Source: Candidatus Dormiibacterota bacterium (GTDB lineage Bacteria > Chloroflexota > Dormibacteria > Aeolococcales > Aeolococcaceae). Taken from it: a stretch of 64,000 nucleotides of DNA. Shown here one piece after another: positions 1 through 9,906 of the stretch (the first letter of the stretch is position 1; the number at the start of each line of letters is the position of its first letter). Made by a program: the position numbers and the translations under genes. The DNA is taken from the NCBI GenBank assembly GCA_963697085.1, contig CAVOMR010000003.1, forward strand, positions 62,611 to 126,610, in the 5' to 3' direction. The notes below the pieces were generated by a model. That model did no database searches and had not been told where the DNA came from. It saw only the letters and a list, made by a program, of their open reading frames with translations.

Positions 1-713
1 CCCTCCTCCTGCAGCTGCGTCCACCAACGTTCCTCACCGCCCCAGAGATCCGCCCTGGTCCACGGCGTTGCGCGCACCCACTCCCAACTCGATGGGAGTC
101 GCGGACGATCCGTGGCGAGGACGTCGGCCCCGGGGCGATGGGCAAGGCGCTCCCGAGTGGCGAACAGCCACGCCGCGGCGTCCGCCCAGACTCGCAGCTC
201 AGGGGCCGCGTCGCGGACTCTTCGATGCCACCGGTGGCGCATCCAGATACGAACGCTGTAGGCGTCCTCAGCCCCGGGATCGCCCCACGAGGATGCGGCG
301 AGCAGGCGGCGGATGTCGGCGCCACTGCCGGTTGATTGCAGGGTCCGCGAGACGATTCCGAGGCGGCCCAGCTCGAACGGCGCCTGGGCCGCAGCACCCG
401 CGAAGTGCGCGAATCGATCCTCGACGTTGCGAATCTCGAACCACGCGACGCAGCTCCGAATCATCTCGACCCCTTCCGAGGGCAACCAGCCGGCGAGGAT
501 GCGCAACTGCCAGAGCAGCGACTCGAAGACCCGTCGCTCCACGAGGACGAGCGGACTCTGCGGTTCGACGCCGCGCCCCCATCTCGTTCTATTGAGCACG
601 GTGATCGCAGACTCGAGATCTCGCGACGCCGCGAGTGACGGCGCCACATCCCGATCCGCGCCTCCGGCGAGGCCGTGGGCGCGCACGCTGCCGGCGATCC
701 AGTCCCCGCTCAC
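1..713 (-). CDS. hypothetical protein, N-terminal 237 codons only (runs off the left edge); weak resemblance to A/V-type ATPase subunit C(d) family
   Basis: Absent from the ORF track because it has no stop inside the window. Reading the minus strand from GTG 713-711 gives an uninterrupted frame to position 3 with high third-position GC (VSGDWIAGSVRAHGL...CVAWFEIRNVEDRFAHF...ERWWTQLQEE). The GTG overlaps the TGA of the upstream gene (GTGA). The family hint is by eye only. Confidence 0.55.
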   Translation of the reverse strand, partial: MSGDWIAGSVRAHGLAGGADRDVAPSLAASRDLESAITVLNRTRWGRGVEPQSPLVLVERRVFESLLWQLRILAGWLPSEGVEMIRSCVAWFEIRNVEDRFAHFAGAAAQAPFELGRLGIVSRTLQSTGSGADIRRLLAASSWGDPGAEDAYSVRIWMRHRWHRRVRDAAPELRVWADAAAWLFATRERLAHRPGADVLATDRPRLPSSWEWVRATPWTRADLWGGEERWWTQLQEE

Positions 714-1147
714 GCCTTGACAGTCTCTGCCGTGGCATACGCGAGCAACTGGTTGATCACCGCCTCGGCGACGCGATCCGCATGTGCGCCGGCACCGTGG
801 GTGATCGTCGCGGCTTCGCGGGTTGCCCGTGCAGTGAGCGTCTCGCGCTCGGCTACGGAAACGTCGAGCCGCTGCTCCGTCGCCCTGGCCTTCTCGACGG
901 CCGCGCGCTGCCGTGCGAGCGTCAGCGTTGTCTCGGCATCCGTGGCGGCCTCGGTCCGAATACGGTCGGCTTCGAGACGCGCAGCATCCAGGATCGCATC
1001 CGCTTCGCGTTGCACCGCATCCAGGGCTGCGAAGACGGCAGCGAGCTCGGCAGCACGGGCAACCTCGGCGTCCACGGGTGGCGCGATCCCCGCCATGGAA
1101 CCGCCCGGCGGCGCTAGCCGCCGGAACCTCTGGAGGACGCTAGCCAT
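710..1147 (-). CDS. hypothetical Ala/Arg/Glu-rich coiled-coil protein (ATPase stalk subunit E/G/b-like in composition)
   Basis: 145-aa track ORF with an ATG start and heptad-like text (READAILDAARLEADRIRTEAATDAE...). The stop overlaps the start of the next gene. The long plus-strand ORF 675-1442 is its antisense shadow. Confidence 0.6.
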   Translation of the reverse strand: MASVLQRFRRLAPPGGSMAGIAPPVDAEVARAAELAAVFAALDAVQREADAILDAARLEADRIRTEAATDAETTLTLARQRAAVEKARATEQRLDVSVAERETLTARATREAATITHGAGAHADRVAEAVINQLLAYATAETVKA

Positions 1148-1438
1148 GCTCGTTCCCTGCTGCTCAATCGATGTCGCTGAGTCGCAGCATGCTCCGTGCG
1201 ACCTCGCTCATCCTGCGCCTGTTCGCCGCCGCGGCGACCGATGGTCGAAGGTCCCGAGGATGCGATGCCCTCGTCCTCTGGCTCAGTCGCCCGTTCCGAA
1301 GGAGAATCGTTGGGTGTCCATGCGTGCGAACTCCAGACGCGGGATCGATCTCGGAAACGACGTGACCACGCTGGGGCTCGTTCATGACCGGTCGCATCAG
1401 GCTTCCGCGCGCCCAGCACACTCGGATCTCCGTCAGCG

Positions 1439-3172
1439 ATGAGTTTAGTCCGGCTCCTGGGCGCACGGCTTCGGCCGTACTGGCGGCAGGTTTCGCTTGT
1501 CGTCGTGCTCATCGTGATCCAGACGATCCTTGGGCTGTATCTGCCAAACCTGACCGCGGACATCATCAACAACGGTATCGCGCGAGGGGACATCGCCTAC
1601 ATCTGGCGGACCGGCGGCGTGATGCTCGCGGTGACCGGCATCCAGGGAGCGATCGCGATCTTCGCGGTGTACTGGGCCTCGCGGACGGCGATGGGGGTGG
1701 GACGCGACCTGCGAGCACTGGTCTTCGGCCGTGTCCTGCGCTTCTCCGAGCGCGACATGAACACCTTCGGGACGCCGTCACTGATCACTCGCAACACGAA
1801 CGATGTGCAGCAGATCCAACTCTTCCTGCAGATGGCCCTGACCGTGATCGTCGCGGCTCCGATCATGATGATCGGCGGCATCATCATGGCGCTGCGAGAG
1901 GATGTGACGCTGTCACTGCTCCTTGTGATCGTCGTTCCGTTGATGGCCGCAGTGATCGGCACGATGCTCGTTGTTGCAGTGCCGCTATTCCGGTCGATGC
2001 AGATCAAGATCGACCGGATCAACCAGGTGCTGCGCGAGCAGATCACCGGTGTTCGAGTCATCCGCGCTTTCGTCCGCGGCGACTACGAGGAACGTCGCTT
2101 TGCCGCCGCCAACGCCGATCTCACCGCGACGGCACTGCGGGTCAACCGCATCTTCGTGCTCGCGATGCCGCTGCTCATGGTGGTCATGAACCTGTCAAGC
2201 GTCGCTGTGCTCTGGTTCGGCGGCCACCTCGTTGACAGCGGCCAGATGCCGATCGGCAACCTCACGGCGTTCCTGGCGTACATCCTGCAGATCCTGATGT
2301 CCGTCCTGATGGCGGTGATGATGGTGATCCTGGTGCCACGCGCACAGGCAAGCGCGCAGCGCATCGATGACGTGGTTCGCCTCGAGCCGTCGATCGTGTC
2401 TCCCGTGCACATCGTCGAACCGAAAGCGCAGAGCGGCGTGGTCGAATTCCGCGACGTCACGTTCGCGTATCCCGGTGGCGAGCGGCCGGTGTTGCGTGAC
2501 CTGTCCTTCTCGCTCCGACCGGGCGAGACCACAGCCATCATCGGCGGCACCGGGTCGGGCAAGACGACCCTCCTCAACCTCATCCCCCGTTTCTACGAGG
2601 TCGGCTCCGGGGTGCTGCTCGTCGACGGCGTCGACGTCAAGGATCGCTCGCTCGAATCCTTGTGGGGCGAGATCGGGCTCGTACCCCAGCAGGCGTATCT
2701 GTTCGGCGGAACGGTGGCGGACAACCTTCGCTTCGGCAGCGCCGATGCGACTGATGCGGATCTGTGGAGGGCGCTGGAGATTGCCCAGGCGCGCGATTTC
2801 GTTGCGGCAATGCCCGGGCAGCTGCGTGCTCCCATCGATCAGGGCGGGACCAACGTTTCGGGCGGACAGCGGCAGCGAATCGCGATCGCGCGCGCACTGG
2901 TGAAGCGGCCGCGTGTCTATCTGTTCGACGATTGCTTCTCGGCGCTCGATGCGACCACCGATGCGAACCTTCGCGCGGCGCTTGCATCGGAGACGCACAA
3001 CGCGGTGGTCGTGATCGTCGCGCAGCGGGTGAGCACCATCCTCAGCGCGGACCGGATCATCGTCCTCGACGGCGGACGCGTCGCCGGCGCCGGGACGCAC
3101 CGGGAGCTCCTCACCAGTTGCGCACCCTATCGCGAGATCGTGGCCTCGCAGCTTGGGGAGGCCGCAGCATGA
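1439..3172 (+). CDS. ABC transporter ATP-binding/permease protein (type I exporter half-transporter)
   Basis: 577 aa with an N-terminal 6-TM domain. Walker A GGTGSGKTT, signature VSGGQRQRIAIARAL, Walker B VYLFDDCFSALD. Confidence 0.95.
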   Translation: MSLVRLLGARLRPYWRQVSLVVVLIVIQTILGLYLPNLTADIINNGIARGDIAYIWRTGGVMLAVTGIQGAIAIFAVYWASRTAMGVGRDLRALVFGRVLRFSERDMNTFGTPSLITRNTNDVQQIQLFLQMALTVIVAAPIMMIGGIIMALREDVTLSLLLVIVVPLMAAVIGTMLVVAVPLFRSMQIKIDRINQVLREQITGVRVIRAFVRGDYEERRFAAANADLTATALRVNRIFVLAMPLLMVVMNLSSVAVLWFGGHLVDSGQMPIGNLTAFLAYILQILMSVLMAVMMVILVPRAQASAQRIDDVVRLEPSIVSPVHIVEPKAQSGVVEFRDVTFAYPGGERPVLRDLSFSLRPGETTAIIGGTGSGKTTLLNLIPRFYEVGSGVLLVDGVDVKDRSLESLWGEIGLVPQQAYLFGGTVADNLRFGSADATDADLWRALEIAQARDFVAAMPGQLRAPIDQGGTNVSGGQRQRIAIARALVKRPRVYLFDDCFSALDATTDANLRAALASETHNAVVVIVAQRVSTILSADRIIVLDGGRVAGAGTHRELLTSCAPYREIVASQLGEAAA

Positions 3173-5124
3173 TGGCGCGCGGCCCGATGGGCGGTCGGCC
3201 CGGAGGCGGATTCGGACCCGTTGGTCGCGCGGGCGGTCCCCCTGCAACCACGCGACACCCCGGGAGGACGCTTCGCCAGTTGACGGGACGCCTTCGCCCT
3301 GACTCGCGGCGCATCGCGCTTGCCGCGATCCTGACCTCGACGGGCATCGCCTTCACGGTCATCGCCCCGCGTCTCATCGGGAGCGCGACGAACGTGATCT
3401 TCAACGGCGTCGTCGGCAAGGGGCTCCCTGCCGGGATGACGAAGGCCGAGGTGATCGCGCAACTGCACGCCCACGGCCAGGGGCAGCTCGCGCAACTGCT
3501 GTCGGGCATGGACGTTATCCCAGGCCGGGGTATCGACTTTTCGCAGCTGGGCGTGATCCTCGGCTTCGTCGCTCTGCTCTATCTGCTCGGAGCGCTCTTC
3601 AGCTGGAGTCAGGGATACCTGATGGCCGGCGTGGCACAGCGAACCGTCTACGCGATGCGCCGTGACGTGGAGGCCAAGATGACCCGGCTGCCGCTGCACT
3701 ATTTCGACAGCCACCCCCACGGCGACCTGCTCAGCCGGGTTACCAACGACATCGACAACGTCGCCACGACGCTGCAGCAAGGGCTCAGCCAGCTGCTGAC
3801 ATCGGTGCTCACCATCGTCGGCGTCCTCGCGATGATGCTCTGGATCAGCCCGCTCCTGGCGGTCATCTCGCTGATCACCGTGCCGCTGTCGATCGGTGTG
3901 ACGCTGGTCATCGCGAAGCGTTCCCAGAGGGAGTTCACCGCTCAATGGGAGTCGACCGGCGCGGTCAACGCTCATGTTGAACAGACGCACACGGGCCACG
4001 CGCTCGTCCAGGTCTTCGGCCGCAGCAGGCAGACCATGGACGATTTCAACCGGGAGAATCAGAAGCTCTACAAGGCGAGCTTCCGCGCGCAGTTCCTCTC
4101 GGGCGTCATCCAGCCCGCGATGCAGCTGCTCGCCAACCTCAACTACGTCGCGATCGCGGTGATCGGAGGCTACCGGGTCGCATCGGGACTGATGACCCTC
4201 GGTGACATCCAGGCGTTCATCCAGTATTCGCGCCAGTTCACGATGCCGATCACGCAGATCGCCGGCCAGATGAACCTGCTGCAGTCCGGGCTCGCCTCCG
4301 CAGAGCGCGTCTTCGAGTTTCTCGCCGCCGGCGAGGAGCTGCCGGATCCCGTCGCCGCACCGAGCATCACGTCACCCGCCGGGCACGTGAGCCTCGAGCA
4401 TGTGTCGTTCCGCTACGAGCCCGAGACGCCGCTCATCGACGATTTCACCCTCGACGTGCAGCCGGGCCAGACCATCGCGATCGTGGGTCCGACCGGAGCC
4501 GGGAAGACGACCATCGTCAACCTGCTCATGCGCTTCTACGACATCGACTCCGGTCGCATCCGCATCGACGGCATCGACATCAACACGCTGCCGCGCGAGC
4601 GCCTGCGCAGCCTGTTCGGCATGGTCCTCCAGGATACCTGGCTCTTTGCCGGCACCATCCACGACAACATCGCATATGGCAAGGAGGGCGCAAGCACATC
4701 CGAGATCGTTGCGGCCGGCACCGCAGCGTACGTGGACCAGTTCGTCCACACACTCCCGGAGGGATACGAGACCCAGCTCGACGGCGACGCGTCCAACATC
4801 TCCTCGGGTCAGCGTCAGCTCCTCACCATCGCCCGCGCCTTTCTCGCCGACCCTGCCATCCTCATCCTTGACGAAGCCACGAGCAACGTCGACACTCGCA
4901 CCGAGGTCCTGATTCAGGAGGCAATGGCGCGCCTGCGCACCGGACGGACGAGCTTTGTGATCGCGCATCGGCTCTCGACGATCAGAAACGCGGACTCGAT
5001 CGTCGTCATGAACGCCGGACGGATTGTCGAGCAGGGTGATCACGAACACCTGCTGCAGCAGCGTGGCTTCTACTACGAGCTGTACACGAGTCAGTTCGCG
5101 AATACGCTCGCCCCCGCGGTCTGA
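3169..5124 (+). CDS. ABC transporter ATP-binding/permease protein (partner half-transporter)
   Basis: ATG 3169 overlaps the TGA of the previous gene (ATGA). Walker A GPTGAGKTT, signature ISSGQRQLLTIARAF, Walker B ILILDEATSNVD. The track ORF start at 2764 is an Arg-rich extension inside the upstream gene. Confidence 0.93.
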   Translation: MMARGPMGGRPGGGFGPVGRAGGPPATTRHPGRTLRQLTGRLRPDSRRIALAAILTSTGIAFTVIAPRLIGSATNVIFNGVVGKGLPAGMTKAEVIAQLHAHGQGQLAQLLSGMDVIPGRGIDFSQLGVILGFVALLYLLGALFSWSQGYLMAGVAQRTVYAMRRDVEAKMTRLPLHYFDSHPHGDLLSRVTNDIDNVATTLQQGLSQLLTSVLTIVGVLAMMLWISPLLAVISLITVPLSIGVTLVIAKRSQREFTAQWESTGAVNAHVEQTHTGHALVQVFGRSRQTMDDFNRENQKLYKASFRAQFLSGVIQPAMQLLANLNYVAIAVIGGYRVASGLMTLGDIQAFIQYSRQFTMPITQIAGQMNLLQSGLASAERVFEFLAAGEELPDPVAAPSITSPAGHVSLEHVSFRYEPETPLIDDFTLDVQPGQTIAIVGPTGAGKTTIVNLLMRFYDIDSGRIRIDGIDINTLPRERLRSLFGMVLQDTWLFAGTIHDNIAYGKEGASTSEIVAAGTAAYVDQFVHTLPEGYETQLDGDASNISSGQRQLLTIARAFLADPAILILDEATSNVDTRTEVLIQEAMARLRTGRTSFVIAHRLSTIRNADSIVVMNAGRIVEQGDHEHLLQQRGFYYELYTSQFANTLAPAV

Positions 5125-5154
5125 TCCGCGAACCCCGAGGCGGAAGCGACGAGC

Positions 5155-5397
5155 TCAGACCTCTTCCGAGGCGTGCACGCTGAAGGCCACGGGGCAGCGG
5201 CCCCGCTGCATCTCGGTGACCATGAACGAGGCGCCGTTCCCCGGCCCTTCCTCTCTCGCGATGAGGCGGAGGCCGGCGCACATGTACGGCGGGCGGTCAC
5301 TGACCGGGCACCTACCATCTGCGTCTGGCCCCGCGCACTCCGCGAGCACTTCGTCGGTCACCGGGTCGACCATCACGAACGAGCGATCAGGCTTCAT
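5155..5397 (-). CDS. hypothetical small protein with four Cys
   Basis: 80 codons, ATG start, very high third-position GC. No family recognised (MKPDRSFVMVDPVTDEVLAECAGPDADGRCPV...). Confidence 0.55.
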   Translation of the reverse strand: MKPDRSFVMVDPVTDEVLAECAGPDADGRCPVSDRPPYMCAGLRLIAREEGPGNGASFMVTEMQRGRCPVAFSVHASEEV

Positions 5398-5597
5398 GCT
5401 CCAGAGCGTGCTCCGGCGCTCGGCGGGTGTACAGGGCCGAATGTCGTGACGTTGGCGGGACCTCGGACACGACGTCGCGGGTGCCGGTGCTCCCTATCGG
5501 ATGACCCGGACACCTGATGACCATCGGCCCTTGTTCCGGCGGCCGCGACCTGTTTCCCTGAGGAGAGCACCACCCGACCGTTGAAGAGGTTTGCACC

Positions 5598-6551
5598 ATG
5601 AACGTCATCGCGATGCCCGCGGGCAGCACGCACGCGATCAAGTACCGCTCGATACTCGTCGCCACCGACGCCTCCCCCGACGCGCATGTGGCGCTGATCG
5701 CCGCGTCCGACCTGGCCAGACGTTCCGGGGCGGAGTTGCATCTGGTCAACGCCTACAACCTCCCGCCGTCGGCCGTCTACGCATACTCCGCGTACCTCGG
5801 ACCCGAGGAACCGGTGGACCCCTTCGAGGAAGGCGCCCGTTCGGTGCTCAAGCGGGAGCAGGCTCGCGTGGAGGGATACGGTGGCCAGGTGAGCGGCCTG
5901 CACACGGGTCGCGGTCCCGTCTTCGACGTGATCGAGAGGGTTGCCGACGAGCTGGACGCCGATCTCATCGTTGTCGGCAGCCGCGACATCGGCGGCCTCC
6001 ACCGCCTGCTCACCGGGAGCGTCTCGACGACCGTCCTGCACACCTCCCACCGGCCGGTGCTGATCGTTCGTGGTGGGGCGGCAGCGTGGCCGCCGGCGCA
6101 GGTGATCGTCGGCGTCGACCGTTCGCCAGAGTCGAAGCGGGCAGCGCTGATGGCAGCCTCAATCGGGAGCCTCTACGCCGACACGGTTGTGGAGCTGCTC
6201 GAGGTAGTGCCCGATCCGATGGCGCCGACCGCCCATTACTTCAACCTCGACGGGGGGGCCACCGCCGAGCACGAGCAGCTGGACGTCCTGGCGGAAAGCC
6301 TCGAGCATGTCACCGGTCATGCCGTCGTTGCGGCAACCGCGTTCGGCGATCCGGCGGATGCGCTGCTGGCGCGGGGGAGCGGCCAGACCGGGCCGAACCT
6401 GGTTGTGGTCGGCACACGCGGGCTGGGGGGCGTGCGCCGCCTCTTCCTCGGCAGCGTCTCCACGAAGATCGTTCATTCAGGACACACGCCGGTGCTCGTT
6501 GTTCCGGCAGCACACGACGACCGCCTCGGAACCACGATGGAATCCCGATGA
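5598..6551 (+). CDS. universal stress protein, tandem USP domains
   Basis: Two USP repeats, each ending with the ATP-binding motif (VVGSRDIGGLHRLLTGSVSTTVLHTSHRPVLIV and VVGTRGLGGVRRLFLGSVSTKIVHSGHTPVLVV). Confidence 0.92.
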   Translation: MNVIAMPAGSTHAIKYRSILVATDASPDAHVALIAASDLARRSGAELHLVNAYNLPPSAVYAYSAYLGPEEPVDPFEEGARSVLKREQARVEGYGGQVSGLHTGRGPVFDVIERVADELDADLIVVGSRDIGGLHRLLTGSVSTTVLHTSHRPVLIVRGGAAAWPPAQVIVGVDRSPESKRAALMAASIGSLYADTVVELLEVVPDPMAPTAHYFNLDGGATAEHEQLDVLAESLEHVTGHAVVAATAFGDPADALLARGSGQTGPNLVVVGTRGLGGVRRLFLGSVSTKIVHSGHTPVLVVPAAHDDRLGTTMESR

Positions 6552-7150
6552 CCAGCGCACACGATCCGACACGTCGCTTCAGGGTCGACGAGGTCATGAC
6601 CACGGACGTCGCCACGGTTTCGACGTCGACGCCGATCAAGGAGGCGGTTCGGGTCATGAACAGCAAGGGCATCGGTGCCCTCCCGGTCATCGGCGTGGAC
6701 GGGACGCTCGTGGGGATCCTCTCGGAGAGTGACTTCATGAGCAAACGAGTCGATGCCGAGGTGGTCGGTGAGCTCATGTCGTCGCCGGTGGCGACCGCGG
6801 CCGCCGGCGATCTCGTCCCTACTGCCGCCCGAACGCTGCTGGCTCGAAACGTGAAGAGCCTCCCCGTTGTCGACGGTGCCGGGAAGGTTGTCGGCATCGT
6901 CAGCCGCGGCGATCTCCTGAAGGTGTTCCTTCGGTGGGATGAGGACATCAGGGGCGACGTCCTGGCGAGCATCGCGCGCTCGGCAGCGGGCGTCGCACCC
7001 GGTGCCATCGAGGTCGGTGTGATCGACGGCGTGGTGTCGCTGACCGGCGTTGTCGACTCGGCACAGGAAGCCGCGAGTGTCGTCACCGCGGCCGTCGCGG
7101 TCACGGGTGTGGTCCACGTCCGCCGCGACGACCTGAGACTGCGGGCGTAA
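6548..7150 (+). CDS. CBS-pair plus BON domain protein
   Basis: ATG 6548 overlaps the USP stop (ATGA). Two CBS repeats (VMTTDVATV...GALPVIGVDGTLVGILSESD; ...LPVVDGAGKVVGIVSRGDLL) and a C-terminal BON-like segment (VGVIDGVVSLTGVVDSAQEA...VTGVVHV). Confidence 0.88.
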   Translation: MTSAHDPTRRFRVDEVMTTDVATVSTSTPIKEAVRVMNSKGIGALPVIGVDGTLVGILSESDFMSKRVDAEVVGELMSSPVATAAAGDLVPTAARTLLARNVKSLPVVDGAGKVVGIVSRGDLLKVFLRWDEDIRGDVLASIARSAAGVAPGAIEVGVIDGVVSLTGVVDSAQEAASVVTAAVAVTGVVHVRRDDLRLRA

Positions 7151-7200
7151 TCCTCTCGTTGCTGTCGAACTCGTCGACGTCGACGGTGCCTGGAGGGCGA

Positions 7201-9084
7201 TCAGCCTTCGGTGGATGGGCCGTACAGCCGCTCGATCTGCTCCGCGTAGCGCTCACCCACCACCTTGCGTCGCACCTTGAACGTCGGCGTGAGCTCGATG
7301 CCGACGCTGAAGTCGCGTGGCAGCAACACCCACCGCCGGACCTTCTCGACGTTGGCGAGGTTCTCGTTCACCGTGTCCACCCAGCGGCGCACCGCGTCGA
7401 GCACGACTGGATGGGACATGAGGCTCAGAGCCTCACCCACGAGATTGTGCTCTGCCGCAAACTCGGCGAGTCCCGTCGGATCGAGCGCGAGGAGCGCTGA
7501 GAGATACGGCCGCCGGTCACCGATGACGACCGCGTTCGCGATCAGATGGTTGCGCAGCGCGTTCTCGATGTTGCTCGGTGAGATGTTCTTCCCGCCGGCC
7601 GTGATGATCAGGTCCTTCTTCCGGTCCGTGATGCGGAGGAATCCGTCGGTATCGAGGTCGCCGATATCACCGGTGTGCAGCCATCCATCCTCCAGGGTCG
7701 CGGCATAGGCGGCCGCATCCTTGTAGTAGCCGGCGAAGACGACATCGCCGCGCATCAGGATCTCGCCATCAGCCGCGATGCGGACCTCCACCCCCGGGAC
7801 AACCTGGCCCACGGAGCCGATTCGCGCATGCCCGTGACGGTTCAACGTGGTCACGGTCATGTTCTCGCTCATCCCGTAGCCTTCGAGCACCTCGAGGCCG
7901 AGGGCGTGGAAGAAACGCAACAGCGGCGTGCCGATCGGCGCCGCGCCCGTGATCAGGGTGTGCGCACGATCAAGTCCCGTCTCCGTTCGGATGCGGCGGA
8001 GCACGAGACGATTCGCAAGCCCGAGGCGCAGACGCTGCGGCACCGTGAGCGCCATCCCCGCCTGGCGTCGATCGACCGCATGCTCACCCGCCCGGATCGC
8101 CCACCGCGCCATCCGCCGCCGTGTGGAGGGCATGGCATCGATCGCCGCATTGATGGTCGAGGCCATCTTCTCCCACACCCGTGGCACACCCACGAAGCAG
8201 GTTGGCCTGATCTCGTGAATGTCACGCGGCATCTCCGTCATCGCCGGCGCGAACCAGACGGGGCTGCCGACCGCATACAGGCGGATCTCACTGTTGAGAC
8301 GTTCGAGGATATGTGCGAGCGGGAGATAGCTGAGCACCCGATCGTCGGGGGACAACCGCACTAGTGGTCCCAGGCTGTCGATCGCTGCAATGAGGTTCTG
8401 GTGGGTCGCCATCACCGCCTTCGGCGGGCCGGTGGTGCCACTCGTGTACACGAGCGTGGCAACGTCACTGCCACGAATGCGCTCGCTGCGGCTGTCAAGC
8501 TCCTGACCGACCTCGGCGAGGGCGGCGTTCCCCTGCTCCATGGCGTCGGTCCACGTGATCACCAGACCTGGCTCCGCCAACTCCGGGCTCCCTTCGATGA
8601 GCACGATTCGGCGCAGAGCGGGCAGACGGCTGCGTATTGACAGCACCCGCGCAAGCACCTCGCTGTTCTCGACAACAGCGATCGGCGCTTCCGAGTGCGC
8701 AAGCACATACCCGGCCTCGTCAGCGCTGAGAGTCTGGTACAGGGGTGCGGTTGCTCCGCCCGCAAGCAACGTTGCGGTGCTCGTGATCACGAACTCGGGC
8801 CGGTTGAAGGTCCAGATGGCGACGTGATCGCCGTGGGTCAACCCGTCCTTGACGAGAAATGCCGCCAGCGCTCGCGCCTGGGCCGCGTACTCGGTCCAGC
8901 TCAGCGTCACCCAGCGGCCGTCCACCCGCTGCAGCATCGCGGCGCCGTCACCGCGAAGTTCGATCTGACGCCGATACATCTCGACCAGCGTCCGCTCGTG
9001 GACAGGCCCCATGACTGTCTGGCGCTCCGTCAGCAGTGGTTCGGGGTCGTGTATCAGGAGTTCGTCGGTGGTGTTGGCCGTCAT
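7201..9084 (-). CDS. long-chain fatty acid--CoA ligase (AMP-dependent synthetase)
   Basis: AMP-binding signature LVYTSGTTGPPKAV and the GDIGDLDTDGFLRITDRKKDLIITAGGKNISP block. I prefer ATG 9084 (MTANTTDELL...) over the track start at 9198. Confidence 0.9.
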   Translation of the reverse strand: MTANTTDELLIHDPEPLLTERQTVMGPVHERTLVEMYRRQIELRGDGAAMLQRVDGRWVTLSWTEYAAQARALAAFLVKDGLTHGDHVAIWTFNRPEFVITSTATLLAGGATAPLYQTLSADEAGYVLAHSEAPIAVVENSEVLARVLSIRSRLPALRRIVLIEGSPELAEPGLVITWTDAMEQGNAALAEVGQELDSRSERIRGSDVATLVYTSGTTGPPKAVMATHQNLIAAIDSLGPLVRLSPDDRVLSYLPLAHILERLNSEIRLYAVGSPVWFAPAMTEMPRDIHEIRPTCFVGVPRVWEKMASTINAAIDAMPSTRRRMARWAIRAGEHAVDRRQAGMALTVPQRLRLGLANRLVLRRIRTETGLDRAHTLITGAAPIGTPLLRFFHALGLEVLEGYGMSENMTVTTLNRHGHARIGSVGQVVPGVEVRIAADGEILMRGDVVFAGYYKDAAAYAATLEDGWLHTGDIGDLDTDGFLRITDRKKDLIITAGGKNISPSNIENALRNHLIANAVVIGDRRPYLSALLALDPTGLAEFAAEHNLVGEALSLMSHPVVLDAVRRWVDTVNENLANVEKVRRWVLLPRDFSVGIELTPTFKVRRKVVGERYAEQIERLYGPSTEG

Positions 9085-9273
9085 GATCGTGCCCCATTCT
9101 TGCGCTATCGACCGGTGGTCCCGACAGAGGCATTCGTCACGAGTCTTGAGACCGCCGGGCCGATCGCACACGATGACCTTCGCCCCTTGTGACCGCAATG
9201 GCGGAAAGACGAAGATGGAGCCACCGACGGTCAGCCCGGGCCGTCTTGAAAGAGAAACGGAGGCAAGGCTCGG

Positions 9274-9696
9274 ATGTTCGAAAAGATCGTTGTCGCGGTT
9301 GACGGTTCAGAGTATTCGCAGGCGGCGGTGCGGGCCGCGGCTGGTTTGGCCGCGAAGGCCGGCTCACAGGTCGACGTGGTGCACGTGCACGAACACGACG
9401 TGATTCCCGCAAAGGCGAGCGTGGCCCCCGATCTGGAATCAGCGGATGAGGCTCGTGCGGTGGTCGCCTCGGCGCTCGCACAGCTCAAGGAGAGCGGGAT
9501 CGATGCGAATGGTCACCTGCTCCAGTCGGCCACCCGCGACGTTCCCCGCAAGATCCTCGAGGTCGCCGATGAGACCGGCGCGGACCTGATCATCGTCGGC
9601 AGCCGTGGGCTGTCCAGCCTCACCGGCATGCTCGTCGGGAGCGTCTCGAACAAGCTTATCCACACCGCGAAGATGGGCGTGATGGTTGCCCACTAG
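9274..9696 (+). CDS. universal stress protein
   Basis: 140 aa. MFEKIVVAVDGSEYS... and the GSRGLSSLTGMLVGSVSNKLIH motif. Confidence 0.92.
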   Translation: MFEKIVVAVDGSEYSQAAVRAAAGLAAKAGSQVDVVHVHEHDVIPAKASVAPDLESADEARAVVASALAQLKESGIDANGHLLQSATRDVPRKILEVADETGADLIIVGSRGLSSLTGMLVGSVSNKLIHTAKMGVMVAH

Positions 9697-9732
9697 CGGG
9701 CCGCGAGCGGTCCGGGGCGACCGAGGCAGAAG

Positions 9733-9906
9733 CTATGTTGCCAGCCCGTGGCTCAGGTTCGAGAAGACGTCCTGCGCCTGGTGACCGACGGTGCCGAGCA
9801 GCACGATCACCACGATTGCGACCAGGATGACGACGAGGGCGTACTCGAGCATGCCCTGACCCACCATGCGGGGCTTGGTCCGGCGCCTCGCATCGCCGTA
9901 GCTCAC
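9733..9906 (-). CDS. Flp family type IVb pilin (prepilin); start uncertain, maximal ORF reaches 10146
   Basis: The C-terminus has the Flp signature G/QGMLEYALVVILVAIVVIVLLGTVG (G-x4-EY plus a hydrophobic helix). GTG 9906 gives a basic 16-residue leader (SYGDARRRTKPRMVG). ATG 9867 would leave only a 3-residue leader. Confidence 0.6.
   Translation of the reverse strand: MSYGDARRRTKPRMVGQGMLEYALVVILVAIVVIVLLGTVGHQAQDVFSNLSHGLAT

Noticed and set aside
1164-1385. 73-codon minus-strand ORF (MNEPQRGHVVSEIDPASG...) in the divergent promoter region
   Set aside because: It has only moderate GC3, very basic unstructured text and no family resemblance. It would occupy most of the promoter region shared by the ABC exporter and the coiled-coil gene. 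It cannot be excluded without expression data.
2764-3168. N-terminal 135-codon extension of the second ABC gene in the track ORF
   Set aside because: It lies inside the first ABC gene in another frame and is Arg-rich. The ATGA-coupled ATG at 3169 gives a normal exporter N-terminus.
5591-6547. Front part of the 519-aa track ORF 5591-7150
   Set aside because: It overlaps the tandem-USP gene in a different frame with Arg/Gly/Pro junk text. Only the part from ATG 6548 (CBS-BON) is credible.
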